Source: Prevotella sp. (GTDB lineage Bacteria; Bacteroidota; Bacteroidia; Bacteroidales; Dysgonomonadaceae). Taken from it: DNA of 64,000 nucleotides. This document shows, piece after piece, positions 55,423 to 64,000 of the stretch (position 1 is the stretch's first letter; every line of letters begins with the position of its first letter). The position numbers and the translations under genes are program-made. The notes beneath the pieces are model-generated. The model was given only the letters and a program-made list of their open reading frames with translations, was not told the origin of the DNA and did not search any database. The stretch lies in assembly GCA_031285625.1 (NCBI GenBank), contig JAITVV010000043.1:64001-128000 (forward strand), written 5' to 3'.

Positions 55423-57126
55423 ATGAAAAAACATATTTATTTACTATTACTTGGTTTGTGTTTAATGATAACGGGGTATTCTTGCTCCAGTGACGATGAT
55501 AAGCCTGAGCCGGAACTGATTGTTTCGACAGAGAGCATATCATTCACCAAGGAAGGGGGCGACAAGGATATACACATAAAGACAAACCAAAAATGGAGTA
55601 TATCCAGTTCGGAGTCTTGGTGTACGGTAAACCCTGCATCGGGTGAAGGTACGGGAACAATAAAGATAACTCTATCTGCAACAGCAAATACAACAAATGA
55701 TCCGCGAACATCTGTTTTAACGGTTTTCGCAGGAGGAATTACAAAAGAGGTGAATATTACACAGCAATTAACAGACCTGCTGGTTGTAAAAAAGGCAGAA
55801 TATGAAGTAAAGGCAGCAGGCGAAAATATAACTGTTGAGTTACAGACAACCGGAACCCACGAAATAACAATAGACGGGGATTGGATAACTAAATCAGGAA
55901 CAAAAGCTGTTACCGATCTGTCCGAGGTGTTTGTTATAGCTCCTAACAAAAATATTTTTAGCCGCAAAGGAACGATTACATATAAGATTGGTGATTTGTC
56001 CGAAACTGTTACTATCAGCCAGGCCGCTACAAGTTTGAATATTGTTGCCGACAAAACCGGTATGGCCAATGATGCTTCTGCTTTAGCTATAAAGATGGGA
56101 TTAGGCTGGAATCTGGGAAATACACTGGAAGCAACAGATGGTATTACAGCAGGAGAAACCTCATGGGGAAATCCAAAAGCATCACAGACTTTGATAGATG
56201 CCGTAAAAGCTGCCGGTTTTAATACGATACGTATACCTTGTGCCTGGAATGCTTATATCGAGGATGAATCTACTTATAAGATTAAGGACTCATGGCTCGT
56301 GCGGGTAGCCGAAGTTGTTGATTACTGTGTAAATAACGATATGTATGCAATAATTAATATACATTGGGACGGCGGTTGGCTCGAAGAAAATCCGACATAT
56401 GACAAACAAGTCGAAGTAAATAAAAAACAGAAAGCCCTTTGGGAACAGATAGCAGTTTACTTCCGTGATTATGATGAGCATCTTCTTTTTGCCGGTACAA
56501 ATGAAGTACACGCAGATTATAACACACCTTCGACTGAAAACATTGAAGTACAACAATCCTATAATCAAACCTTTGTAAATGCAGTTCGCTCTACCGGAGG
56601 GAAAAACACATGGAGGAACCTTATCGTACAATCATATAATACAAATATTGATTATGCTGTAGATTATATGAAAATGCCATCAGACCCTACTGCTAACCGG
56701 ATAATGGCGGAAGTACATTTTTATGATCCGTACGAATTTTGTTTACAAGAGGCTAATACTGTCTTCTTATGGGGAAAAGATTTCACCGGAGCAGGAACAG
56801 CCTCATGGGGACAGGAAGACTGGGTTGACAAACAGTTCGGACGCATGAAGGCTAACTTTGCAGACAGAGGTATACCTGTAGTTTTAGGAGAGTATTCACC
56901 TACATTGAGAATGTCGCTGAATGCTACTGATTATGCGAATCATGTAAAATCCCGTAACTATTATTTAAATTATGTAACAAAAGCTGCTGTACAAAACGGA
57001 ATGATCCCTGTTTACTGGGATAATGGCCCAACAGGAGACATGGCGTCGGGTCTGTTTAACCGTTTAACAGGAGAACAAGTACACACAGATGCAATTAAAT
57101 CTATTATAGACGGTGGTAAAAAGTAA
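55423..57126 (+). CDS. BACON-BACON-GH5 (GH5_4-like) endo-xyloglucanase lipoprotein
   Basis: YSCSSDDD lipobox, two BACON-like repeats, GWNLGNTLE, IINIHWD, GTNE acid/base, HFY, VLGEY nucleophile, YWDNG. ATG at 55423. Confidence 0.9.
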   Translation: MKKHIYLLLLGLCLMITGYSCSSDDDKPEPELIVSTESISFTKEGGDKDIHIKTNQKWSISSSESWCTVNPASGEGTGTIKITLSATANTTNDPRTSVLTVFAGGITKEVNITQQLTDLLVVKKAEYEVKAAGENITVELQTTGTHEITIDGDWITKSGTKAVTDLSEVFVIAPNKNIFSRKGTITYKIGDLSETVTISQAATSLNIVADKTGMANDASALAIKMGLGWNLGNTLEATDGITAGETSWGNPKASQTLIDAVKAAGFNTIRIPCAWNAYIEDESTYKIKDSWLVRVAEVVDYCVNNDMYAIINIHWDGGWLEENPTYDKQVEVNKKQKALWEQIAVYFRDYDEHLLFAGTNEVHADYNTPSTENIEVQQSYNQTFVNAVRSTGGKNTWRNLIVQSYNTNIDYAVDYMKMPSDPTANRIMAEVHFYDPYEFCLQEANTVFLWGKDFTGAGTASWGQEDWVDKQFGRMKANFADRGIPVVLGEYSPTLRMSLNATDYANHVKSRNYYLNYVTKAAVQNGMIPVYWDNGPTGDMASGLFNRLTGEQVHTDAIKSIIDGGKK

Positions 57127-57231
57127 AGGTTGGCTTTACTTGGTTTTTATTGGTATTAAGGTTGAAAAAGATGAAGGCCGGTCGTGATTTTCCGGCCTTT
57201 ATTACCTAAATTAGCTTATAACTATTTCGAT

Positions 57232-59730
57232 ATGAAAAGATATTATCTATTTCTTCTTATATGTACAGTTTTATTCTCTTGCTCTACTCAGAATAAGGTA
57301 AGAGACACTACAGATTTCACTGAAAACTGGAAATTCTATTTAGGAGACGATTCTGTTGCATATACTCCTGCTTATGACGATGCCGGATGGCGAACCCTTG
57401 ATCTTCCACATGATTGGAGTATCGAAGCGGATTTTTCTGTAGATAACCCCGCTACGCCCGGTGGCGGAGCATTACCAGGAGGTATAGGATGGTACAGAAA
57501 AGAATTTACAGTAGATAAGTCAAACGAAAACAAGAGTATCTATATCGATTTTGATGGTATATATTGGAATAGCAAGGTCTGGATAAATGGTCATCTTCTG
57601 GGAGAACGCCCGAATGGTTATATTTCATTCCGGTATGAACTTACTCCATATATAAAAGTTGGGGAAAAGAATGTCATTGCAGTACGTGTAGACAATTCCC
57701 AGCAACCCAATTCCCGTTGGTATACCGGATCCGGAATCTATCGTAATGTATGGTTAACGACAGTAAATCCGCTGCATGTTGATCATTGGGGAACTTATGT
57801 AACGACACCGGAGGTAACTAAAGAAAATGCGACAATCAATATAAAAACAAGTGTAAGAAATTCATCAGAGTCAGCTCAGAGATTCGAACTATATTCTATA
57901 TTGTTAGATAAAGACGGTAAGGAAATAGCCAAGACAAATAATTCTAATGATGCTGGTGCAAACGAAGTTATGGATATGGAACAGAATCTGACTTTGTCAG
58001 ATCCTACTCTATGGTCTGTCGAAAATCCATATCTATATAAGATTATAACCCGTATAGAACAGAATGGAAAAGTTGTAGATGAATACGAAACACCACTTGG
58101 TATTCGTTATTTTTCATTCGATCCGGATAAAGGTTTTTTCCTTAATGGAGAATCTGTAAAGATAAAAGGTGTATGTCATCACCATGATTTAGGATGCCTG
58201 GGTTCTGCTGTGAATGTACATGCAATAGAACGCCAATTAGAAATATTGAAGGAGATGGGCTGCAACGGCATACGTACTGCTCATAATCCACCTGCACCAG
58301 AACTATTAGACCTATGCGACAAAATGGGATTCATAGTAATGGACGAGGCCTTCGACATGTGGCGTAAGAAAAAGTCACCATACGATTATTCACAATATTT
58401 CCCTGAATGGCATGAACGTGACCTTACTGACCTGATTATGCGTGATCGCAACCACCCTTCCATATTTATGTGGAGTGTAGGAAATGAGGTCTTAGAGCAA
58501 TGGTCTCATATTGATGCCGATACAATGAACCTGCAACAAGCCAATATGATACTTAACTTTGCTAATACACTCAATAAAAAAGATATTGATTCAAAAGATT
58601 TGCATGTAAGTTCATTATTGACTATAAAACTGGTCGATATCGTAAAAAAACTTGACCCCACACGTCCTGTAACAATTGGAAATAATGAAACTGAACCATC
58701 AAATCATATTTTCCGTTCGGAAGCAGTAGATATCATTGGGTTTAATTACCATGAAAATAATTGGGTTAACTTCCACGAAAAATTTCCAAATCAGAAACTG
58801 ATTATAACAGAGTCTACCTCTGCACTGATGTCAAGAGGGTATTATGAGATGCCATCGGATAGTATGAATATCTGGCCTGAAAGATGGGATAAACCGTTCG
58901 ACAGACCAATACATCATTGTTCTTCATATGATAATTGTCACGTACCTTGGGGCAGTACTCACGAAGACACATGGAAGCTTGTAAAAAATTATGATCATAT
59001 CTCAGGTATGTACCTCTGGACAGGTTTTGACTACTTGGGCGAACCAACGCCTTTTTGGTGGCCATCCCGTAGTTCATATTTCGGTGCAATCGATCTGGCA
59101 GGTTTTCCTAAGGATATATATTACATGTATCAGAGTGAGTGGACAGATAAAGATGTATTGCATATCTTCCCTCACTGGAACTGGCAAGAAGGACAAATCA
59201 TTGATATATGGGCATACTATAACAATGCTGATGAAGTAGAACTATTCCTTAATGATAAATCTCTTGGTAAAAAAACGAAGGAAAAAAATATTTACCATGT
59301 TTTCTGGAGGGTTCCTTATCAAAAAGGTACATTAAAAGCCATCTCATATAAAAATGGCAAAGAGATACTTACCAAAGAAATAAAAACAACTGGAGATCCG
59401 GTTTCGATCAGACTCATAGCCGACAGACAAACAATAGCAGCCGATGGAAAAGACTTGTCTTTTGTTACAGTAGAAGTTATGGATGCAGATGGGAACCCGG
59501 TTCCGGTAGCAGATAATCTGATAAGCTTCTCTATTGATGGAAACGGGGTAATTGCAGGTACAGACAATGGAGACCCAACAGATTCCAACTCTTTGAAAAA
59601 GCCATCAAGAAAACTATTTAGCGGGAAAGCGCTCGCAATTGTACAATCAAATAAGAAATCCGGTAAGATTATCCTGAAAGCAAAATCGGAGGGATTAAAA
59701 GAAGCTACAATAGAAATTACCACAAAATAA
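57232..59730 (+). CDS. GH2 beta-galactosidase
   Basis: LPHDWSIE, SRWYTGSGIYRNV, RTAHNPP, RDRNHPSIFMWSVGNE, WTGFDYLGEP. ATG at 57232. Confidence 0.92.
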   Translation: MKRYYLFLLICTVLFSCSTQNKVRDTTDFTENWKFYLGDDSVAYTPAYDDAGWRTLDLPHDWSIEADFSVDNPATPGGGALPGGIGWYRKEFTVDKSNENKSIYIDFDGIYWNSKVWINGHLLGERPNGYISFRYELTPYIKVGEKNVIAVRVDNSQQPNSRWYTGSGIYRNVWLTTVNPLHVDHWGTYVTTPEVTKENATINIKTSVRNSSESAQRFELYSILLDKDGKEIAKTNNSNDAGANEVMDMEQNLTLSDPTLWSVENPYLYKIITRIEQNGKVVDEYETPLGIRYFSFDPDKGFFLNGESVKIKGVCHHHDLGCLGSAVNVHAIERQLEILKEMGCNGIRTAHNPPAPELLDLCDKMGFIVMDEAFDMWRKKKSPYDYSQYFPEWHERDLTDLIMRDRNHPSIFMWSVGNEVLEQWSHIDADTMNLQQANMILNFANTLNKKDIDSKDLHVSSLLTIKLVDIVKKLDPTRPVTIGNNETEPSNHIFRSEAVDIIGFNYHENNWVNFHEKFPNQKLIITESTSALMSRGYYEMPSDSMNIWPERWDKPFDRPIHHCSSYDNCHVPWGSTHEDTWKLVKNYDHISGMYLWTGFDYLGEPTPFWWPSRSSYFGAIDLAGFPKDIYYMYQSEWTDKDVLHIFPHWNWQEGQIIDIWAYYNNADEVELFLNDKSLGKKTKEKNIYHVFWRVPYQKGTLKAISYKNGKEILTKEIKTTGDPVSIRLIADRQTIAADGKDLSFVTVEVMDADGNPVPVADNLISFSIDGNGVIAGTDNGDPTDSNSLKKPSRKLFSGKALAIVQSNKKSGKIILKAKSEGLKEATIEITTK

Positions 59731-59756
59731 TTTTCTTTTCATTAAAATATCTTATT

Positions 59757-59807
59757 GTAAAAATTAACATGTAAATCGAATGGTTTATGTGTTAATTTTT
59801 ACTTTTT
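59757..59807 (+). terminator. Terminator after GH2
   Basis: GTAAAAATTAACATGTAAATC-gaat-GGTTTATGTGTTAATTTTTAC plus TTTTT; a second small hairpin follows at about 59809-59831. Confidence 0.7.
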
Positions 59808-59832
59808 CAAACCCTTTTCCAGAAAGGGTTTC

Positions 59833-59980
59833 TTAATGTATAATATACAATATCAGCATACATCTTATTGTATTTAACACTATATGTAATATATTGTAAT
59901 ACAATTATTTAACTAAAAATAATCATCTATATATTATTATTTATCAAATCGAAATAATATATTTGTACTTAATACAATAA
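59833..59980 (+). promoter_or_regulatory. xylR promoter with three NrtR-type GT-N7-AC operators
   Basis: TTAATGTATAATATACAATAT (59833), TTATTGTATTTAACACTATAT (59865), TATTTGTACTTAATACAATAA (59960); the last overlaps the -7 element TATATTTG at 59958-59965. Confidence 0.65.
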
Positions 59981-59998
59981 GTACCATAACTAATTACC

Positions 59999-60715
59999 AT
60001 GAGAACAAACTTCATACATACTTATGTCTCTGTCGACTGCGTTGTCTTTGGTTTCGATGATGATCAACTCAACATCCTGTTAGTACAACGAGATGTTGAT
60101 AAAAAAGGTGCTAAAGACTTAAAACTTCCGGGTAGTCTTATATATAACGAGGAGGACGTGGATGATGCTGCAAACAGGGTGTTATTTGAGCTCACTGGAA
60201 TAAAAAGAATGACCCTGAAGCAATTCCGTTGTTTTGCCTCGCCCAACAGGGCCAATAATCCTGATGATATGAAATGGTTGGATATGGCCTATCAGCCAAA
60301 TATTAACAGACTGATAACAGTAGCCTATCTATCACTTTGTAAGGTGGACAGAAAGCTAAATAACGTTTCAAAATATAAACAAACAGAATGGTGCCCTATC
60401 GACCGGTTGCCACAAATGCCTTTCGACCACAATCAGATTGTAAAAGAATCGTTAACAGAAATTCGTACATGGATAGAACATAATCCTGCCATTGTATTCG
60501 AACTTCTCCCTCAGAAATTTACAATCAGCCAGTTACATAAGTTATATGAGGCTATTTATAATAAAAAAATAGATATACGTAATTTCCATAAGAAGGTGGC
60601 TGCAATGTCTTATGTACTGCCCCTCAATGAAAAACAAAAAGATGTTTCACACAGGGCAGCACGTTATTTCAAGTTTGACAAAAAATCGTATAATAAATTG
60701 AAAACAAGTATATAA
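59999..60715 (+). CDS. xylR: NrtR-family (NUDIX + wHTH) xylose regulator
   Basis: VSVDCVVFGF, degenerate NUDIX box, FDHNQI, FTISQLHKLYEAI...DIRNFHKK wHTH; directly upstream of xylB. Confidence 0.85.
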   Translation: MRTNFIHTYVSVDCVVFGFDDDQLNILLVQRDVDKKGAKDLKLPGSLIYNEEDVDDAANRVLFELTGIKRMTLKQFRCFASPNRANNPDDMKWLDMAYQPNINRLITVAYLSLCKVDRKLNNVSKYKQTEWCPIDRLPQMPFDHNQIVKESLTEIRTWIEHNPAIVFELLPQKFTISQLHKLYEAIYNKKIDIRNFHKKVAAMSYVLPLNEKQKDVSHRAARYFKFDKKSYNKLKTSI

Positions 60716-60771
60716 AAAGGGTATGAGTTAAAACTCTAGACTTTTCTACTTAAAATTTAAAACTATATATT

Positions 60772-62253
60772 ATGTATTTATTAGGGTATGACATAGGTAG
60801 TTCTTCGGTAAAAGCATGTCTCGTAAATGCCGATACAGGTAAAATAGTAGCTTCTGATTTCTTTCCGAAGGAAGAAATGAAAATTACTGCTGTAAAATCG
60901 GGCTGGGCTGAACAAGATCCTGCCGACTGGTGGACTAACCTCAAACTGGCTCATCAATCTGTTATGCAAAAAGCCGGAGCTAAAGGAGAAGACATACAAG
61001 CTATCGGCATTACCTGGCAAATGCATGGACTAGTACTCGTAGACAAAAATAAAAATGTATTGCGTCCCTCTATCATCTGGTGTGACAGTCGTGCCGTTCC
61101 ATATGGAGAAAAAGCTTTCAAGGCGATAGGCGAAGAAAAATGCCTTAGCCATCTGCTAAACTCTCCCGGAAATTTTACAGCATCTAAGTTAGCCTGGGTA
61201 AAAGAGAATGAGCCGCATATCTATGAAAAAATAGATAAACTGATGCTTCCTGGTGATTATATCGGAATGAAACTGACAAACGATATTGTTGTCACCATCG
61301 AAGGTATGTCGGAAGGTATATTCTGGGACTTTAAGACAAATTCATTATCTGAAGATGTTTTGAATTACTATGGCATACCCAAAAGCTTTTTTCCTGAAAT
61401 CAAACCTATCTTTGGTGTACAAGGATATGTTTCTTCTGAAGCAGCAAAAGAATTGGGATTAAAAGACGGAACTCCTGTATCATACCGTGCGGGCGACCAG
61501 CCTAACAATGCATTATCCCTGAATGTATTCGAACCGGGAGAAATAGCCTCAACAGCAGGCACTTCGGGTGTCGTATATGGCGTACTCGATCAGCTGAATT
61601 ATGATAAACTCTCACGAGTAAATACATTTGCGCATGTGAACTATACAACGGAACTTACAAGGCTAGGCGTATTGCTTTGCATCAATGGCACCGGGATTCT
61701 CAACTCATGGTTGAAGCGTAATCTGGCTGTGGAAGGACTATCGTATAGTGATATGAACAATCTGGCAGCACAATCCCCTATCGGATCAAAAGGTATCAGT
61801 ATCATTCCATTCGGAAACGGAGCAGAAAGGGTACTGGAGAATAAAGATGTAAATTGTTCGATACATGGCATTAACTTCAATATACACGACAAGAGTGATA
61901 TTCTGCGCGCAGCTCAGGAAGGTATCGTATTTTCTTACGAATACGGCATGGAAATAATGCGGGAGATGGGTATGAATATTTCGACAGTAAAAGCAGGATA
62001 TGCAAACATGTTCCTTAGTCCGGTATTCTCCCAAACATTAGCCAGTGTAAGTGACGTTACTATCGAACTATATAATACAGATGGAGCAGCCGGTGCTGCA
62101 AAAGGAGCGGGCATCGGCATCGGCCTCTATTCAACACCTCAGGAGGCGTTTGCTTCATTGGAAAAACTAGCCGTAATAGAACCGGAAAAAGACAAAAAAG
62201 ATCAATATAGAGAAGCATATCAGCAATGGAGAAATCTTGTTACCAATAAATAA
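60772..62253 (+). CDS. xylB: Xylulokinase (FGGY family)
   Basis: LGYDIGSSSVK, WAEQDP, QMHGLV, IWCDSR, RAGDQ, AGTSGV; upstream of xylA. Confidence 0.92.
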   Translation: MYLLGYDIGSSSVKACLVNADTGKIVASDFFPKEEMKITAVKSGWAEQDPADWWTNLKLAHQSVMQKAGAKGEDIQAIGITWQMHGLVLVDKNKNVLRPSIIWCDSRAVPYGEKAFKAIGEEKCLSHLLNSPGNFTASKLAWVKENEPHIYEKIDKLMLPGDYIGMKLTNDIVVTIEGMSEGIFWDFKTNSLSEDVLNYYGIPKSFFPEIKPIFGVQGYVSSEAAKELGLKDGTPVSYRAGDQPNNALSLNVFEPGEIASTAGTSGVVYGVLDQLNYDKLSRVNTFAHVNYTTELTRLGVLLCINGTGILNSWLKRNLAVEGLSYSDMNNLAAQSPIGSKGISIIPFGNGAERVLENKDVNCSIHGINFNIHDKSDILRAAQEGIVFSYEYGMEIMREMGMNISTVKAGYANMFLSPVFSQTLASVSDVTIELYNTDGAAGAAKGAGIGIGLYSTPQEAFASLEKLAVIEPEKDKKDQYREAYQQWRNLVTNK

Positions 62254-62263
62254 AATCCGATTT

Positions 62264-63682
62264 ATGAAAAAGCTACTGTATTTAATTCCTGTTATCGCAT
62301 TACTGTTTTCATGCTCACAGACACCAAAAACAGTAAAGTGGGTAAGTACCACACCCGACTCATGTTTTGTCGAAAACCCTGCTATTGCCTTGGCCGGAAT
62401 AGAAGGTTCGGCAGATATAACTGTACTAACGGATAAAACATTACAAACAGTAGATGGCTTCGGAGGTTGCTTTAATGAATTAGGGTGGACTACCCTGTCT
62501 GCACTTAGTGAAACTGATCGTGATGCGGTAATCAAGGATCTGTTCAGTAGCGAAGGTATGAATTTTACATTGGGCCGTATGCCTATAGGCGCAAATGATT
62601 TCTCACGCGACTGGTACTCATACAATGAAACAGATAAGGACTTTGAGATGAAAAACTTCTCAATAGCCAATGATAAAGAAACATTAATACCATTCATCAA
62701 AGCCGCTCAGAAAATCAATAAAGACATTAAGGTTTGGGCTTCACCATGGTGTCCGCCTTCATGGATGAAGTATAACAAGCATTACGCTTGTAAACCAAAT
62801 CCGAATGTAAATGACCTGAAAGGCAGTCCTACCCAAGATTTGGAAGGAACCAATATGTTTATTCAGGAACCTGAATATTTCAAAGCTTATGCTCTGTATC
62901 TCAAAAAATTCATAGAAGCATATAAAGCTGAAAATATAAATATAGAAATGGTTGCTCCTCAAAATGAATTCAATTCTTGCCAGATATTTCCATCATGTAC
63001 GTGGACAGCTGCAGGTTTGAGCACTTTCATTGGTGATTATCTGGGCCCTCAAATGAAAGAAATGGGAGTTCGCCTTATGTTTGGTACAATGGAACGCGGA
63101 AACCATTTACTGGTAGATACGATTATGCAAAATAAGAGTGGAGAATATATTACTGAAATTGGTTTCCAATGGGCAGGTAAAGAATCTATAGCCAAAATCC
63201 ACGAAACATATCCGGATATGAAACTTATGCAAACCGAAAGCGAATGTGGCGATGGACAAAACTCATGGCAACAATGCTTTTATATCTGGAATCTGATGAA
63301 ACATTACTTCAATCATGGAATATCTGCTTACATGTACTGGAATATTTCTTTGGATAAGGATCCGGCAAATAACCGCTGGAAATGGCCACAAAACTCATTG
63401 ATCTCGGTTGACCAAGAAAACAAAACTTACAAATACAATCCTGAATACTATCTGATGAAACAGTTTAGCCACTTTGTAAAACCGGGTGCAAAGCGCCTGG
63501 CTACGGAAGGGAATTATAATAATATACTGGCTTTCAACAACCCTGATAATTCAATTGTGATAATCGCTGCTAATGAAGGCGATTCTCCGAAAAACCTGAA
63601 GATCAATGTAAAAGATCAGATGGTATCAGTGGATATGAAAGCACAATCGATCAATACATTTGTAATAGAAGCAAATAAATAA
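62264..63682 (+). CDS. GH30 glycoside hydrolase lipoprotein
   Basis: LFSC lipobox, QTVDGFGGCFNE, RMPIGANDFS, ASPWCPPSWMK, QNE acid/base, QTESECG nucleophile, YMYWN. ATG at 62264. Confidence 0.88.
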   Translation: MKKLLYLIPVIALLFSCSQTPKTVKWVSTTPDSCFVENPAIALAGIEGSADITVLTDKTLQTVDGFGGCFNELGWTTLSALSETDRDAVIKDLFSSEGMNFTLGRMPIGANDFSRDWYSYNETDKDFEMKNFSIANDKETLIPFIKAAQKINKDIKVWASPWCPPSWMKYNKHYACKPNPNVNDLKGSPTQDLEGTNMFIQEPEYFKAYALYLKKFIEAYKAENINIEMVAPQNEFNSCQIFPSCTWTAAGLSTFIGDYLGPQMKEMGVRLMFGTMERGNHLLVDTIMQNKSGEYITEIGFQWAGKESIAKIHETYPDMKLMQTESECGDGQNSWQQCFYIWNLMKHYFNHGISAYMYWNISLDKDPANNRWKWPQNSLISVDQENKTYKYNPEYYLMKQFSHFVKPGAKRLATEGNYNNILAFNNPDNSIVIIAANEGDSPKNLKINVKDQMVSVDMKAQSINTFVIEANK

Positions 63683-63712
63683 TTATTAATCATTAAATAA
63701 TAAATTACAATC

Positions 63713-64000
63713 ATGGAAATTTTAAAAGGAACAAAAGAGTTTTTCCCCGGAATCGGAAAAATCAAATTTGAAGGTAAAGAAAGTAAAAACCCTCTGGCTT
63801 ACCGTTTTTATGACGAAAACAAAGTGGTGATGGGCAAAACAATGAAGGACTGGATGCGCTTTGCTATGGCATATTGGCATACACTTTGCGCAGATGGTGG
63901 TGACCCGTTTGGAGGTGCAACTATCCATCATCCTTGGAATATTGGTAATGATGCTATCAGTCAGGCTAAATATAAAATGGACGCTGCATTTGAGTTCATG
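63713..64000 (+). CDS. xylA: Xylose isomerase (class II), 5' part
   Basis: [34 protein letters not shown]...[20 protein letters not shown]...KMDAAFEFM; open to the window end and not in the ORF track. Confidence 0.95.
   Translation, partial: MEILKGTKEFFPGIGKIKFEGKESKNPLAYRFYDENKVVMGKTMKDWMRFAMAYWHTLCADGGDPFGGATIHHPWNIGNDAISQAKYKMDAAFEFM

Noticed and set aside
42388-56069. Long antisense ORFs such as 42388-43020 and 55437-56069 (210 aa each)
   Set aside because: They lie wholly opposite well-supported genes and show no recognisable motifs; the same applies to the other short overlapping ORFs in the track.
4808-62263. Extended starts in the ORF track (4808, 30353, 53465, 55384, 57184, 62237; also 1482)
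   Set aside because: They overlap terminators or upstream genes, or precede the evident signal peptide or domain start; downstream ATGs were used instead.

Overview
Bacteroidota chromosomal window, most like Dysgonomonas (inferred from TAnnTTTG promoters, SusC/SusD pairs and gene content). No rRNA, tRNA, CRISPR or IS elements were seen. In order: a partial GH27 isomalto-dextranase-like lipoprotein (absent from the ORF track); PIN-PhoH, a BNR/sialidase-family protein and a cupin; an aromatic amino-acid operon (pheA, aminotransferase, GNAT, DAHP synthase/chorismate mutase) behind an unannotated Phe/Tyr leader-peptide attenuator; a His/Cys-rich ORF ending in RAPP ahead of a CzcBAC-like metal efflux pump; a beta-1,2-glucan PUL (ROK kinase, propeller-LuxR regulator, SusC/D, GH3, GH144, esterase); a stand-alone tyrA; EF-G2 (fusA2); a xyloglucan PUL (GH43, two GH3, GH95, HTCS, GH31, SusC/D, SGBP, BACON-GH5, GH2); and xylR-xylB-GH30-xylA. 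Top candidate novel system: the RAPP ORF (8730-9179). Its post-RAPP codons base-pair with the initiation region of the efflux adaptor gene, the geometry of a SecM/ApdA-type ribosome-arrest switch, here probably metal-responsive. All family calls come from motif recognition by eye and all RNA pairings were worked out by hand; no searches or folding programs were run.
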